A stretch of DNA of 64,000 bases from Octopus sinensis (taxonomy: Eukaryota): the NCBI RefSeq assembly GCF_006345805.1, contig NC_043003.1, forward strand, positions 69,502,001 through 69,566,000. The letters are read 5' to 3'. The position numbers and the translations under genes are program-made. Under the pieces are notes generated by a model. That model was not told the origin of the DNA and did not search any database. It saw nothing but the letters and a program-made list of their open reading frames with translations. Positions 38,948 to 49,743 of this stretch are shown here, in pieces. Position 1 is the stretch's first letter. The number at the start of each line of letters is the position of its first letter.

Positions 38948-39500
38948 ATCATCATCATCATCCTTTAATGTCCATTTTCCATGCTCACATGGGTTGGACG
39001 GCTTCACAGGAGCTGGCCAGCTGCCCAGGTTCCAGGCATCTGTTTTGGAATGTTTTTATGGCTGGATGCCCTTCCTAACATGCCAACCACTTTAGTGTAC
39101 CAGGTGCTCTTAAGCAACACTGGCACGGGCATGCTTATGCAGCACTGGTGAAGGTGCTTTTTACATGGCACCAGCACCCATGAGCCTGCAAAATTAGGAA
39201 AGCACAGCTGGAGAGGGATGTAGGGGACACACCTGTATGCATAGGCAACAATGATTTTACTGAGCTTGACATGTCTTCTCAAGCACAGTAAATCACCAAG
39301 GGTCTCAGTACCCTGTCATCCCCTCTATTGGGCCCAACATCTGAAGATCCTTTCTCACTACTTCATCCCCTCTATTGGGCCCAACATCTGAAGATCCTTT
39401 CTCACTACTTCATCCCCTGTCTTCCTCGGTCTACCCCTTCCACATGTTCTCACCACAATTAGAGACTGGCATCTCTTGATGTAACTGATGTAACTATAGT
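38948..39500 (-). mobile_element. RTE LINE 3' end including the degraded ORF C-terminus
   Basis: Minus strand encodes KRCQSLIVVRTCGRGRPRKTGDEVVRKDLQMLG (the RTE GRPRKTW..DL motif), followed by the shared 3' UTR and a (GAT)n tail at 38948. Confidence 0.8.
39317..39418 (+). repeat. Perfect 47-bp tandem duplication inside an RTE ORF remnant
   Basis: catcccctctattgggcccaacatctgaagatcctttctcactactt occurs twice, followed by catcccct. Confidence 0.95.
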
Positions 39501-39946
39501 GTACAGTCAGCTCTCTTGCACAATACATCTGATGCTTTGTTTACTTGACGACTTCCCTAAATATATTTCACATTAATTTTACAGTAGTAAGAAGCAGCAA
39601 ACAGGACAAAATACTCAGCCATATTTTTCTGGATCTACATTCCAAGTTCAAATTCCACCAAAGTCAATTTTACTTTACATCCTTTTGGGATCAATAAATT
39701 GAGTATTGGAATCTGTAATTGACTTAATCCTCCCTATAAAATTGCTTGTGACAAAATTAGAATTTTACAACAGGAACCGTATAATAAAACCCTAAATTTT
39801 ATGAGCATCTCACAGTAAATTAAACAGCAATTATTTTAACTAGATCGTTTGTCAACTTATTGTCAAAACTAAATCTGCTCTTATTTCGCTTTTGGATTTG
39901 GATTTGGTTTGCAAGATTCTTTACGTAAGTTCGTGTGTTGAAGCAC

Positions 39947-40102
39947 ATTCTGTTGTGTCTGGGGAGTGTCATTTTCTTTTTGTGCCTTATAATTTAAATA
40001 AAAACATAATTTGAATAAAAATAAGAAATAAGTGGAATACCAGTGAGTGTATTAAATTACAAGGCACAAAAAGAAAATGACTCTCCCCAGACACAACAGA
40101 AT
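39947..40102. repeat. Inverted repeat: 51-bp arms (49/51 identical) around a 54-bp spacer
   Basis: 39947-39997 is the reverse complement of 40052-40102 with two mismatches. Confidence 0.9.
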
Positions 40103-41929
40103 AAATCTGCTCTCTTATACTATAATGAGAAGAAGTCTTCAAGCTACGATGAATAGAAATTGAATTCAAGATTTTAACATTGACACATACATTGACAGAA
40201 ACTGATTAAATTTCTTTGTATCATATTTGTACTTTTCAGTCTTTTGCCTTTAAGGTAAACAACTGTTTTACTAAATTCAAACATTTGCATACCATTATAA
40301 AAATGAGAAAGAAAACTTGTACCTCAATTTTGTTCTCTTTTTTTTCCTTTTTTTTTTTTTGTTATTTCAATAAGTGTTATGTTAATTAATGAGGGAAAGG
40401 AAGCTCTTCCAAATTAGTATGGAACTCTGAATTTTAAAACAGATAAAAACAAAAATTCTGTTTAGACTGACCACTTTGTTAAATAGGAATGATGAGACAA
40501 GTTTTCATATCTACTGAATACACACACACACACAGTAGTAAGACAGGTAGGATGGAGAGTTTTGCTGTGAATAGAGTTGGAAAGAAAACAGGTAGCAAAC
40601 ATAATGACTCTATAAAGAGGAGTGATATTTTACTAAGCCATCCTGGTTGAAAAGTAATACAAAAGAATTCTACAAAGTTTCTAAAGACTCTTGGCAAAGG
40701 AACAGAAGACTGCATGCATTCCTGTGTAAAGAAGCTTACTTCCCAATCACTTGGTTCTGAGTTCAGTCCTATAGTGTGGTAATTTGGTGCAGGTGTGGCT
40801 GCGTAGTAAAAAGCTTGCTTCCCTACAGCATGGTTCTGGGTTCAATCCCACTGCATGGCAAGTGTCTACTACAGTTTCGGGCTGACCAAAGCCTTGTGAG
40901 TGGATTTGGTAGACGGAAACTAAAAGAAGCCCATTGTGGGTATGTGTGTGTGTGTCTGTGTTAGTCCTCCGACCATCGCTTGACAACTGATGTTGATGTG
41001 TTTATGTCCCCCATAACTTAGTTTGGCAAAAGAGACCGATAGAATAAGTACTAGGCTTACAAAGAATAAGTCCTGGGGTCAATTTGTTTGACTAAAAGCA
41101 ATGCTACAGCATGGCCGCAGTCAAATGACTGAAAGAAGAATAAAAAAAGTCTTACTATAATCCTGGGCCAACTTGTGAGTGGATTTGGTACACAGGAACT
41201 GAATGAAGCCCATCATGTATCTATATACGTAAGTAACATGATTTATTCAAAAGTAAATACAGTGTGTGTGAACTGATGTTTCCTTGTCTATTTTAAAAAG
41301 TGTCCTCTTCATACGAGAATGTTGTTCGTTTCCTGATGGAGAACATGCCTAGTTAAAGCAATGACCTTGCTTGGAAACAGATGACGTTTGGTTATAGGAA
41401 TAGCATCCTGTTGTAGGAAAATCTGCCACAACAAATTCCATCCAACCCATGCAAGCAAGGAAAAGCATACAATAACGATGATGACAAAGTTAATAAAACA
41501 GAAAATGTCTGCAACAAACAACTCAGGCATCCAAGAACCAAATGAGGATATTAAAGAGGGCAGTGTGTTAGGCTGCCATCTTTGGACAGGCAATATTGAT
41601 AATTTAACTTTCCTCTGCAAAATGTTTGGGATCAAACTATTGCTTATTCTAACAGAATATTTTCATTTTCCTCATTCATTTTTCATGATTTAGAGCAATA
41701 CAGGTGATCTGGCAGAATCGTTAGCACATCAGGCAAAATGCTTAGTGGTATTTTATCTGTCTTTATGTTCTGAGTTCAAATTCTGCTGAGGTTGGCTTTG
41801 CCTTTCATCATTTCGGGGTCGATAGATTAAGCACCAGTTGCACACTAGAGTCGATCTAATTGACTGGCCCCCTCCCCAAAAATTTTGGGCCTTGTGCTTA
41901 GAACAGAAAAGAATAATAAACACACATGA

Positions 41930-42160
41930 GGGCAGCAAGCAGGCAGAATCGTTAGCATGCCAGGCAAAATGCTTAGCAGTATTTCATGTCTTTGCATTCT
42001 GAGTTCAAATTCTGCCGAGGTCGACTTTGCTTTTCATCCTTTCAGGGTTGATTAAATAAGTACCAGTTATGCACTGGGGTCAATATAATTGACTTAATCC
42101 GTTTGTCTGTCCTTGTTTGTCCCCTCTATGTTTAGCCCCCTGTGGGCAATAAAGAAATAA
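41930..42160 (+). mobile_element. tRNA-related SINE family B. Copies at about 7180-7370(-), 14150-14355, 18945-19160(-), 25000-25180(-), 28640-28860(-), 32150-32345(-), 39600-39760, 41690-41915, 52195-52390(-), 54615-54830, 56720-57000(-), 60830-61005(-), 63640-63790(-)
   Basis: Consensus ggcagaatcgttagc...ttctgagttcaaattc(c/t)gccgaggtcgactttgcctttcatcctttcggggtcgataaattaagtaccag. The central gcctttcatcc...gtaccag block resembles a conserved metazoan SINE body domain. Confidence 0.8.
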
Positions 42161-42310
42161 AATACAGTTGGTTCAAATCTGTGTGTCTCTATAACAATGC
42201 TTTCCATTCTGAGCAGCTAAGTAATAACCAGTTAGAAACAGGATGTTGAAGCTTGAGAAATCTAAAGAAAATGTCATTTTGAAAGACACAAAAAAGAAAC
42301 CCAGGATATT

Positions 42311-43393
42311 CCATCCGGATATTGTACGATGGGTTGGTGCCTTCCTCTCAGATCGCTCCTTCCAAGTTCAAGTTAATGGTTCGCGGTCCGACGTCTCCAG
42401 TGCGAGCAGTGGCGTGCCTCAAGGTTCAGTGCTTGGGCCCTTGTTGTTCTTAGTCTTCATAAATGACTTGCCCGACGACCTCACGCAACACACCCTTCTA
42501 TTTGCCGACGATATCAAACTGGGCGCTCCTCGCGGTAGTATAGAGGATCTTCGTCGATGCCTCCACCAAATTTGGAAGTGGTCTAACGATTGGGACCTGT
42601 GTCTGAACGTGTCAAAGTGCTGTCATCTGCCTGTCGGCTCTAGTCCTGCAACACAACTTGATTTCGAGCCGGGTCGTCTGCTGCTGGAGAGGACCGATCA
42701 GGTAAAGGACCTGGGTATCTTGGTGGATTCCTCCTTTTCGCCTTCGGCCCAGTGCGTCCATGCTGCCAACAAAGCACGCGGAATTCTGTTTTTGATTCGA
42801 CGGTCATTCGGAATGCTCACAGCAGCCATATTCCTGCCACTCTATATCACGCTGGTGAGACCCATATTGGAGTACGGGATTCAAGCCTCTTCTCCTTATC
42901 TCCTCAAAGACATACAGCACCTCGAAAGAGTCCAGAGGCTGGCTACCCGCATGGTTCATGGTCTCAAAAATTTGTCCTACAAAGAAAGGCTGAGGACGCT
43001 CGACCTTTATTCTCTTGAAAAACGCCGCCGCCGTGGTGATCTCATTCTCGCCCACAACATCATAAGCGGGAAGTGTAACCTCTCGAAAGAGCTGTTCTTC
43101 ACTCCTGCTCCGGAGCGTCGGCTGCGGGGTCATTCCGAAAAGCTCTACCTGCGACGATTTCATCTCAATCGAAGGAGAGGAGTTTTCTCCGTCCGGGTTG
43201 CGGATCCGTGGAACAAGCTGCCAGACGAGATGGTGAAGATGCCGACGACCGCTTTGTTCAAAGCCTCTCTGGACCTCAAGTGGCCTGAACTCTTTACATG
43301 AACACCACCCTGTACTTAACTCCATGTCCCCCTACATGGCCTTGCTATTTGCTTTTGAGCCAAATTAACTAACTAACTAACTAACTAACTAAC
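42311..43393 (+). mobile_element. 5'-truncated CR1-clade LINE: C-terminal reverse-transcriptase frame (stop 43299-43301), short 3' UTR with a stem-loop, and a (TAAC)7 tail
   Basis: Uninterrupted frame containing SGVPQGSVLGPLLF, FADD, KDLGI, RRRGDLI and PWNKLP, all typical of CR1 ORF2. Hairpin ccatgt-ccccct-acatgg at 43322-43339; tail at 43366-43393. GC- and CpG-rich relative to its flanks. The first ~20 codons of the track ORF (from 42243) are flanking DNA. Confidence 0.92.
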
Positions 43394-44169
43394 ATATCTT
43401 TTGTTTTACAGACAATGACTAGTTTCGGTCATTGGACTGTGGCCATGCTGGGGCATCACCTTGAAGCATTTAGTTGAATAAATCAATCCCAGCACTTATT
43501 CTATTGATCTCTTTTGCCAAACTACTAAGTTATAGGATGTAAACAAACCAACACCAGTTGTCAAGTGGTAGAAGGAGACAGTGCTAGCACGGAAAACGGA
43601 CGTTAAACGATGATGATGATGATGATGATGATATATATATATATACACACACACACACATATGCATACACACATGCACAGGAAGGCTTCCACACAGTTTC
43701 TGCTAACCAAATTCACTCACAAGGTGTTGATTGGCCCAGGGCTATAGTAGCAGACACTTGTTCAAGGTATTGTGCAATGGGACCGAACCTAAAACAATGT
43801 GGTTGTAAAGTGAGCATCTTAACCACAAAGCCAAGCCTACACCTTCAGAGAAACAGATGTGTGATATCTAATGTCAGAACAAGTAGTTAACCATATATCA
43901 AATTTGGTTGGAATCTAATTTCACATATGAACAGACTATTTACCGGGTAACTACAACTGCTCAAATCAGCAACTAAATCTCCATGGATCCCACCTTACCA
44001 ATTTAAAAGAAGGACACTACTTAGTGCAGTCCTAGACACAATATATCTTGAAAAGAATAAAGGGATGGACTGTCACAGCTGGAACACAATTTAATCTTAA
44101 ATCAGACCTAACATATGCTTAACAATTACAGGTCTTTACCAATGCAAAAAAGAAAAAAATTATACACAT

Positions 44170-44540
44170 AGGCACTGGAGTGGCTGTGTGGTAAATAGCT
44201 TGCTTACCAACTATATAGTTCCGGGTTCAGTCCCACTGCATGGCACCTTGGGCAAGAGTCTTCGACTACAGCCTCGAGCCAACCAAAGCCTTGTGAGTGG
44301 ATTTGGTAGACGGAAACTAAGAGAAGCCCGTTGTGTGTGTGTGTGTGTGTGTGTGTGCTTGTGTGTCTGCTTTTTTCCCCCCTCCACTATCGCTTGACAA
44401 CCGATGTTGGTGTATTTACGACCCCGTAACTTAGCAGCTAGGCAAAAGAGACCAACAGAATAAGTCCTAGAGTCGATTTGTTCGACTAGAGGTGGTGCTC
44501 CAGCATGGCCACAGTCAAATGACTGAAACGAATCAAAGAA
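44170..44540 (+). mobile_element. tRNA-derived CORE-type SINE (family A). About 25 copies, e.g. 3950-4325, 6350-6745, 9009-9381, 12467-12990, 13290-13600(-), 18690-18940, 23465-23850(-), 27710-28085(-), 40790-41140, 43420-43840(-), 50110-50465(-), 50560-50940, 54975-55440
   Basis: A box tggctgtgtggt and B box ggttcagtccc, then ggcaccttgggcaagtgtctt, which resembles the MIR/CORE motif gaccttgggcaagtcactt. A central (TA/TG)n tract and a conserved 3' part ending aatgactgaaac follow. CORE-SINEs are reported from octopus (OR family); the exact family name was not verified. Confidence 0.85.
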
Positions 44541-47514
44541 TAATACATTAAAGAAATACAAGATTGTATCTCTAAGAAGACTGGCAAGAAAGGACTGGAT
44601 AGAAGAAGATGGAAAAGATTAGAGTAATTATAAAGGAATACATCAACAGCAACAAGTGAATGCATCATGGACAATATGAGACATGCCAAAGAGTTAAAAG
44701 ACAGTAAAAATGAAGTTCTAGTAAAAAGTGTTACTGAATAGAATATTGATAGCATCTGTCGCTAATAATCATTTTTTTAATAATATGTTCCACTGGCTAT
44801 TCAGGACAGCAGAGCCTGATTAGGCACTGAGATTCTATGTATATCAATAGTGAGATATTGCAGCTATCTCCCTACCAATGACAGGACCAGGGAAGGCCAA
44901 AACCATGTGATCAGGTAGTGGTGGTAGCAGGTGATTTTTCTCTCACTGGTAATTTAAACAAGAGTTCATATGCACCAAAAGCCCATATGGAGGGGGTGTC
45001 CCTCATAGTAACTATCACAGTATAGTGTGTTCTAACACAACACTCACTTTTAAGTGGGGAAAAATACTACCTTTTGGTATTAAAAATGCTTCTGTTGCTA
45101 ATAATTATCTAAACGATGCTTGTTCTTCATTCACCTTTGATAAATGGAGCTTTGGCCAGGAGGAATTTAGGCCATCAGTTGGTACCCAACAATCACTGTA
45201 TGTTTCAACCCTGAACTTTAATGCCTGCCCGTTGGTGGGTCAGCAGTGGTGGCTAAATCACTGTTTATTGTCTCCTCCTGGCTTTCAGCTTAATTCCTCT
45301 CCCTTGCTCTGTTTCTGTTGCCTCTTCAATCGTGCATGCAGCTACCTTTTGCTCTTTTATTCTTATTCCAAAAAAAAAAAAGGTAGCTGTACACAGGAAA
45401 GGAGAAATTTAATAATACAACACAAGAGTAAACATAAATAGAGGTTGTTAAAAGAACTGCAAACATGATTATTCTATTTGTTTGAGATAATGGTCAATCA
45501 ATTTTAGTTCAAGACATTCTGAATGGTCATCTGAAAATGTTACTGAAGAATCTTACTTAATCACACGTTAGTCAATATTCAAATGGTACTCGTAAGACCA
45601 GTAGAAATGGCAAGATGGCAGTGTATGTCAGTATGACCTGGTAATGAGTTTTACAGAAAAGAAAGATATGGTCAGAGTGTAAGACATAGAACACACAGCT
45701 CTTCTACCTTACAACGGAATACAACTTTTATGAAAAGATTAAGCATTAACCCTTAAAGGGTGGGAAAGGTTTGCATTGAATGCATGTACCAAACAAGCAA
45801 GAAACAAAAAATATCTTAAGGATAAGTTTTATACTTATTTTCACTTTAAATAGGTACAAAAACCATGAAAATGATATTTTAACTCTTCAATTATAAAAAT
45901 AAAGACAAAAGGGCAATAAAAGAACTGTGAAGTTCCTAAATTTAATGTTTTTTTTAATAAATTGGAAAAAAATCGGTTTACTATTTTCATCTAAAGTTAG
46001 AAGTGTCATTTTCTTCTGTGCTATCTAAAGCATCATCATCATCATCATCTGCTTCATTTGATGATGAAGGAAATCCAGAAAAAACTTCATTGCTATATAA
46101 AATCTTCTATTTGCAGCTCGATCTCTCCCATCAATAAGGAACACTTACGCTTAGGTGTATTTGACAAAGTAGATGCTCAGGTGTCAAGTGATGATGGCTG
46201 CATCCACATAAAATTTTTGAAATATCAGTTTATGATGTTCAGTTCTCTAATGAAACATCAATTGATGAGATTTACCATTTAAGGGTTAATGCCTATTACA
46301 AAGCATTTTATATTCATCTCATCTTACTTCAAAGAGGAGAAAATTTCACAAACTGAAAGGAACTTAAATAATAAATTAAGTTTCAACATTTTGAGGAGAA
46401 ATTTATTCAAGAGGCTTTCAGTTTGTGAATTTAAATGCTTCACTCCTGTCCTGAGATTTAGTTCAAAACCTGCTACACACAGTCATTGTGATGTATCTTG
46501 ATCAAAGACCATAACTCTGCTTAACTGTCAAGATGGGCAATAAATTCAGTTCATATTTCGTGAATGCTTCTCATTTAGGAGATCTAATAGAAAAATTAAT
46601 TCTTCTCCAACAAAACTATCCCTCCCAGGTTCAGTAAAGCTAGAGCCAGGCATGAGCTCCCATGAGTACACATAAAAATAAACTGAGCACATATTTTTGT
46701 AAGCATAATTGCAATGCCAAACACAGTTATTCAAACTGTCATAAATTTGTTACAGACATTATTAAAGAAATATTCCATGAGTATAAAAGATAGATAGCAG
46801 TCATGGTCAAAATGCAGGTCACATGTGGCCACTTTTGGGCTTCTGAATGGAACACCTAATTTCATATCTATATAGAATGAATAAAGTAATCATTCCTCTC
46901 AGAAAGCTGTATTCCATGCATCCTTGTTATGACAGTGGTATGGCATCATGAAACTGGGAAACATGTGAAAACAAGTTACTGGTGCTACATGTGTTCAAAT
47001 TATACACCCAAAATCTATTATGTCTACTCTTGTGTCCAATGACTACTGGTTGCCCTAGCCTATGTGTCTACGGCAAGCTGAAGTAAAATCAATCACTGCA
47101 TTATCTCCTTTGATTTGCTTGATTCTTCCTGCTGCTGATTAGAATATGTGACTTGATGTCATCCTGATGCAGACATCAAGAAAAAAGGAGGGTTAAAAAG
47201 CACTCCCTGTAGGATACCAGTAATTAATGTAAGACTATCTCTTATATAGCTATCTCTTTTTATATAGTATTTTGAGAACAATAGTAGCACATGTCTAGTC
47301 CATGACTAAATCATAGCAATGAAACATTGAATACCAGAGTGCTTCACATTCTACCCATCACCTTATTTTGTAAAGGAGTAAAAAAAAAAAAAAAAGAATG
47401 GTTATTTCAAGGAGTATTTTATGAGACAAGAAAACATTTTTAAATACATATTGTTTAGATTTTTAAAAACAGTTTTTAGTTACAAATTTTATGTATAAAA
47501 ACTTATGTAATCAC

Positions 47515-47822
47515 GTTGTTGTTGTTCCTTCTCAAGCCATGCCTGGCTCATAAGGGCTGGTTTCCAAGTTTCATCGGTGTATAGGTTCCCCACCTGGACG
47601 GGATGCCAGTCTGTCTCAGGTGAGCTGCTAGATGCAGGAGGAAAGAGTGAGAGAAAGTTGTGGCAAAAGAGTCAACAGAAGTTTGCCAATGCCTTCTGCC
47701 AGAGCCATGTGGAGCTTAGGTGTTTCACTGATAAACACACACATTGCCCAGTCTGAGGTTTGAACCCACAAACCCTCGACAGTGAGTCCACTGCTCTAAC
47801 CATTAGGCCATGTGCCTCCACT
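47515..47822 (-). mobile_element. tRNA-derived SINE of another family (single copy in this window)
   Basis: Minus strand begins gtggaggcacatggcctaatggttagagcagtggactc...gggtttgtgggttcaaacc, with A- and B-box-like motifs followed by a distinct body. Confidence 0.6.
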
Positions 47823-48094
47823 ATGTAATCCTAGTTTTTTTTTGTTTTTTTTTTTTAATGTGATGGTTTGGAAGTTATAAGAAGTCAAGATATATCCCAG
47901 TTTCATATAACAAATTAAATATTTGAATTAAGGATAAATTTACAAGTTTTAATTAAATGAAGAATATTTGAACAGATTTTGTTTTGTACATATATTTGGG
48001 AAAATTTAATAAATGAACTAAAAACATTTTTGCAAATACAATGATGCCAAACAGTTATTGCAACTGTCACAAATTTGTTACAAGCATAAAAGAT

Positions 48095-48700
48095 ATATTC
48101 TAAAGGGCATTCTCTGAAGCTATAAAACCATTCAAGAATCTTCCTTCCATTTAGCATAGTAGTAAACCAGGTCACCATTGATATTCTTCAAAAAACTCTC
48201 TAATCTAGTGAGAGTTATGTACTCAAGACTTCATAATATTTATGGTAGAAACAACAACAAGCATAACATTTTCAAATTTTACAGTGAGAATAAATTTTCT
48301 TGAAATATGCAATGAATTCTTGCATGTCACTGTTTACTAAATTCAAAGAAATTAATTGATCTTAATATGGACAGAAAACATATTTTAGGCCCAATCATTA
48401 CAGGGGTCCTCCATCTGTTGCTACAATGACAAGACTTTCAAATGGGAAATTCAACTTTGTTGTTGCTTTCTTCAATTCTTCATAAATGTTATATCTTGAA
48501 ATGTCTTTCATTGTCTGAAGAGCAAGTAATTCTTAGATAATATTCAATGATTTATCAATACCACATATGAAAATTGCTGGTTGGTCCAAATCAGATATAT
48601 CTGCTGTTATCAATAGCCAGTGGAAAGGAATCACATTCTCTTATTTTTCCTGACAGTGTACCTTCAATATCTGCTGCAATTTCTTCAACCTGTCTTTAAT
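48095..48700 (-). pseudogene. Fossil hAT transposase (SPIN/Charlie/GTF2IRD2-like) with stops and frameshifts
   Basis: Minus-strand pieces QVEEIAADIEGTLSGKIRECDSFPLAIDNS, ADISDLDQPAIFICGIDKSLNII*ELLALQTMKD...EELKKATTKLNFPFESLVIVATDGG and GRKILEWFYSFRE parallel the family motifs SLALDESTD, QLAIFIRG, ELLAL, TDGAP and RGKVL.RF. Confidence 0.75.
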
Positions 48701-49685
48701 AATACGTAACGTATCAAAGCAACAGCATATGTTAATCACACTTCCACCAGTGTTTTCCTATTTCTAAGGCAGAGGTTTTTTCATATGGTCTTCCATAGTG
48801 AAAATGGCCAACATACCTTCAATGAAAAATTGCCCTATATTGTTTTTTGGGGAGGGTAGTGTGGCCCACCTTATGATGAGACAGATTTCCTGCAGCTACT
48901 GACCAAAATCGGTTGTCCACGCCTAATATATTCCTTATGTAAGCTATAGAAAAATATTCTATGATAAAGCTAGCAGGAAAATTTTCAGAAGACACTTTCA
49001 TTGACAGACAATATACAATTTAATTCCAGTTATAAAACAACATCTATAATAAAGAAAGTAACCTCTTTAAGGATGAAATATTTGTTTTTTTATCCACTGT
49101 TTTTAATACAAATTAATAAATCTAATTTATTTTGTAGGAGTGAAAGAGTTTTAGATAACTATAGCCACTTAACTACATATTTTCACTTCATCTTGAAGAG
49201 AAGACATCTACATCAATATATTAATATTTAAGTGCTATTTCCTTCCCAGACTTCAACTACTAGAAATACTCATAATGACTATAATTTGCAAAAAGGAAAT
49301 ACACTGATTAAAAGAGGTGGCATTAAGTATATAAAAACGATGCTAAACCAGGCTGTTTTAATGCTATTTAATTGTACAAGAAAGCTGCCAACTTATAATG
49401 GTTAAATAGCTGCTCAATATATTTTATAAATGTTTCTTTCCACAACTTTATACATACGACTCGCAATCTTTGATCCTGTTCCAATGAAGCAAACACTTTT
49501 ATAAACAAATTATCATAAGAGATTCACTCAAATGTTGTACTTTAAAACAAAAAAAAAACTTGTTTAATTTCAAAATATAATTACATTACCGATTAAATAT
49601 ATTAAGGAAAAAAAAACTTGTAAAAAGCCAAGGAGAAAAGCCAGTGATCTGAGAAACTAAAAACTGATTAAACATGAATACTTAC

Positions 49686-49743
49686 TCCACATAATAAAAA
49701 ACACCTTCTGGGGTAATACTCAATTCCCAGCCACTAGGGAGAT
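49686..49743 (-). CDS. PLEKHA7: 58-bp coding exon encoding the first two strands of a WW domain, (D)LPSGWELSITPEGVFYYV(D/E); PLEKHA5/6/7-like WW2
   Basis: tttgtttttgcag|ATCTCCCTAGTGGCTGGGAA...TATTATGTGGA|gtaagt: canonical acceptor and donor, phase 1 to phase 2, with the LPxGWE...G..YY WW signature. The WW call is firm. The family call rests on the upstream linker and on recalled exon structure; WWOX has a similar exon but a shorter linker. Confidence 0.8.

Noticed and set aside
42190-42261. Minus-strand FLKLQHPVSN after a good acceptor, as a possible continuation of the WW domain
   Set aside because: The spacing to HP is too short for a WW domain, there is no TT/W motif, and no donor occurs before the stop.
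42243-42310. ATG start of the 352-aa ORF
   Set aside because: This is AT-rich flank fused by chance to a 5'-truncated LINE; RT homology starts near 42311.
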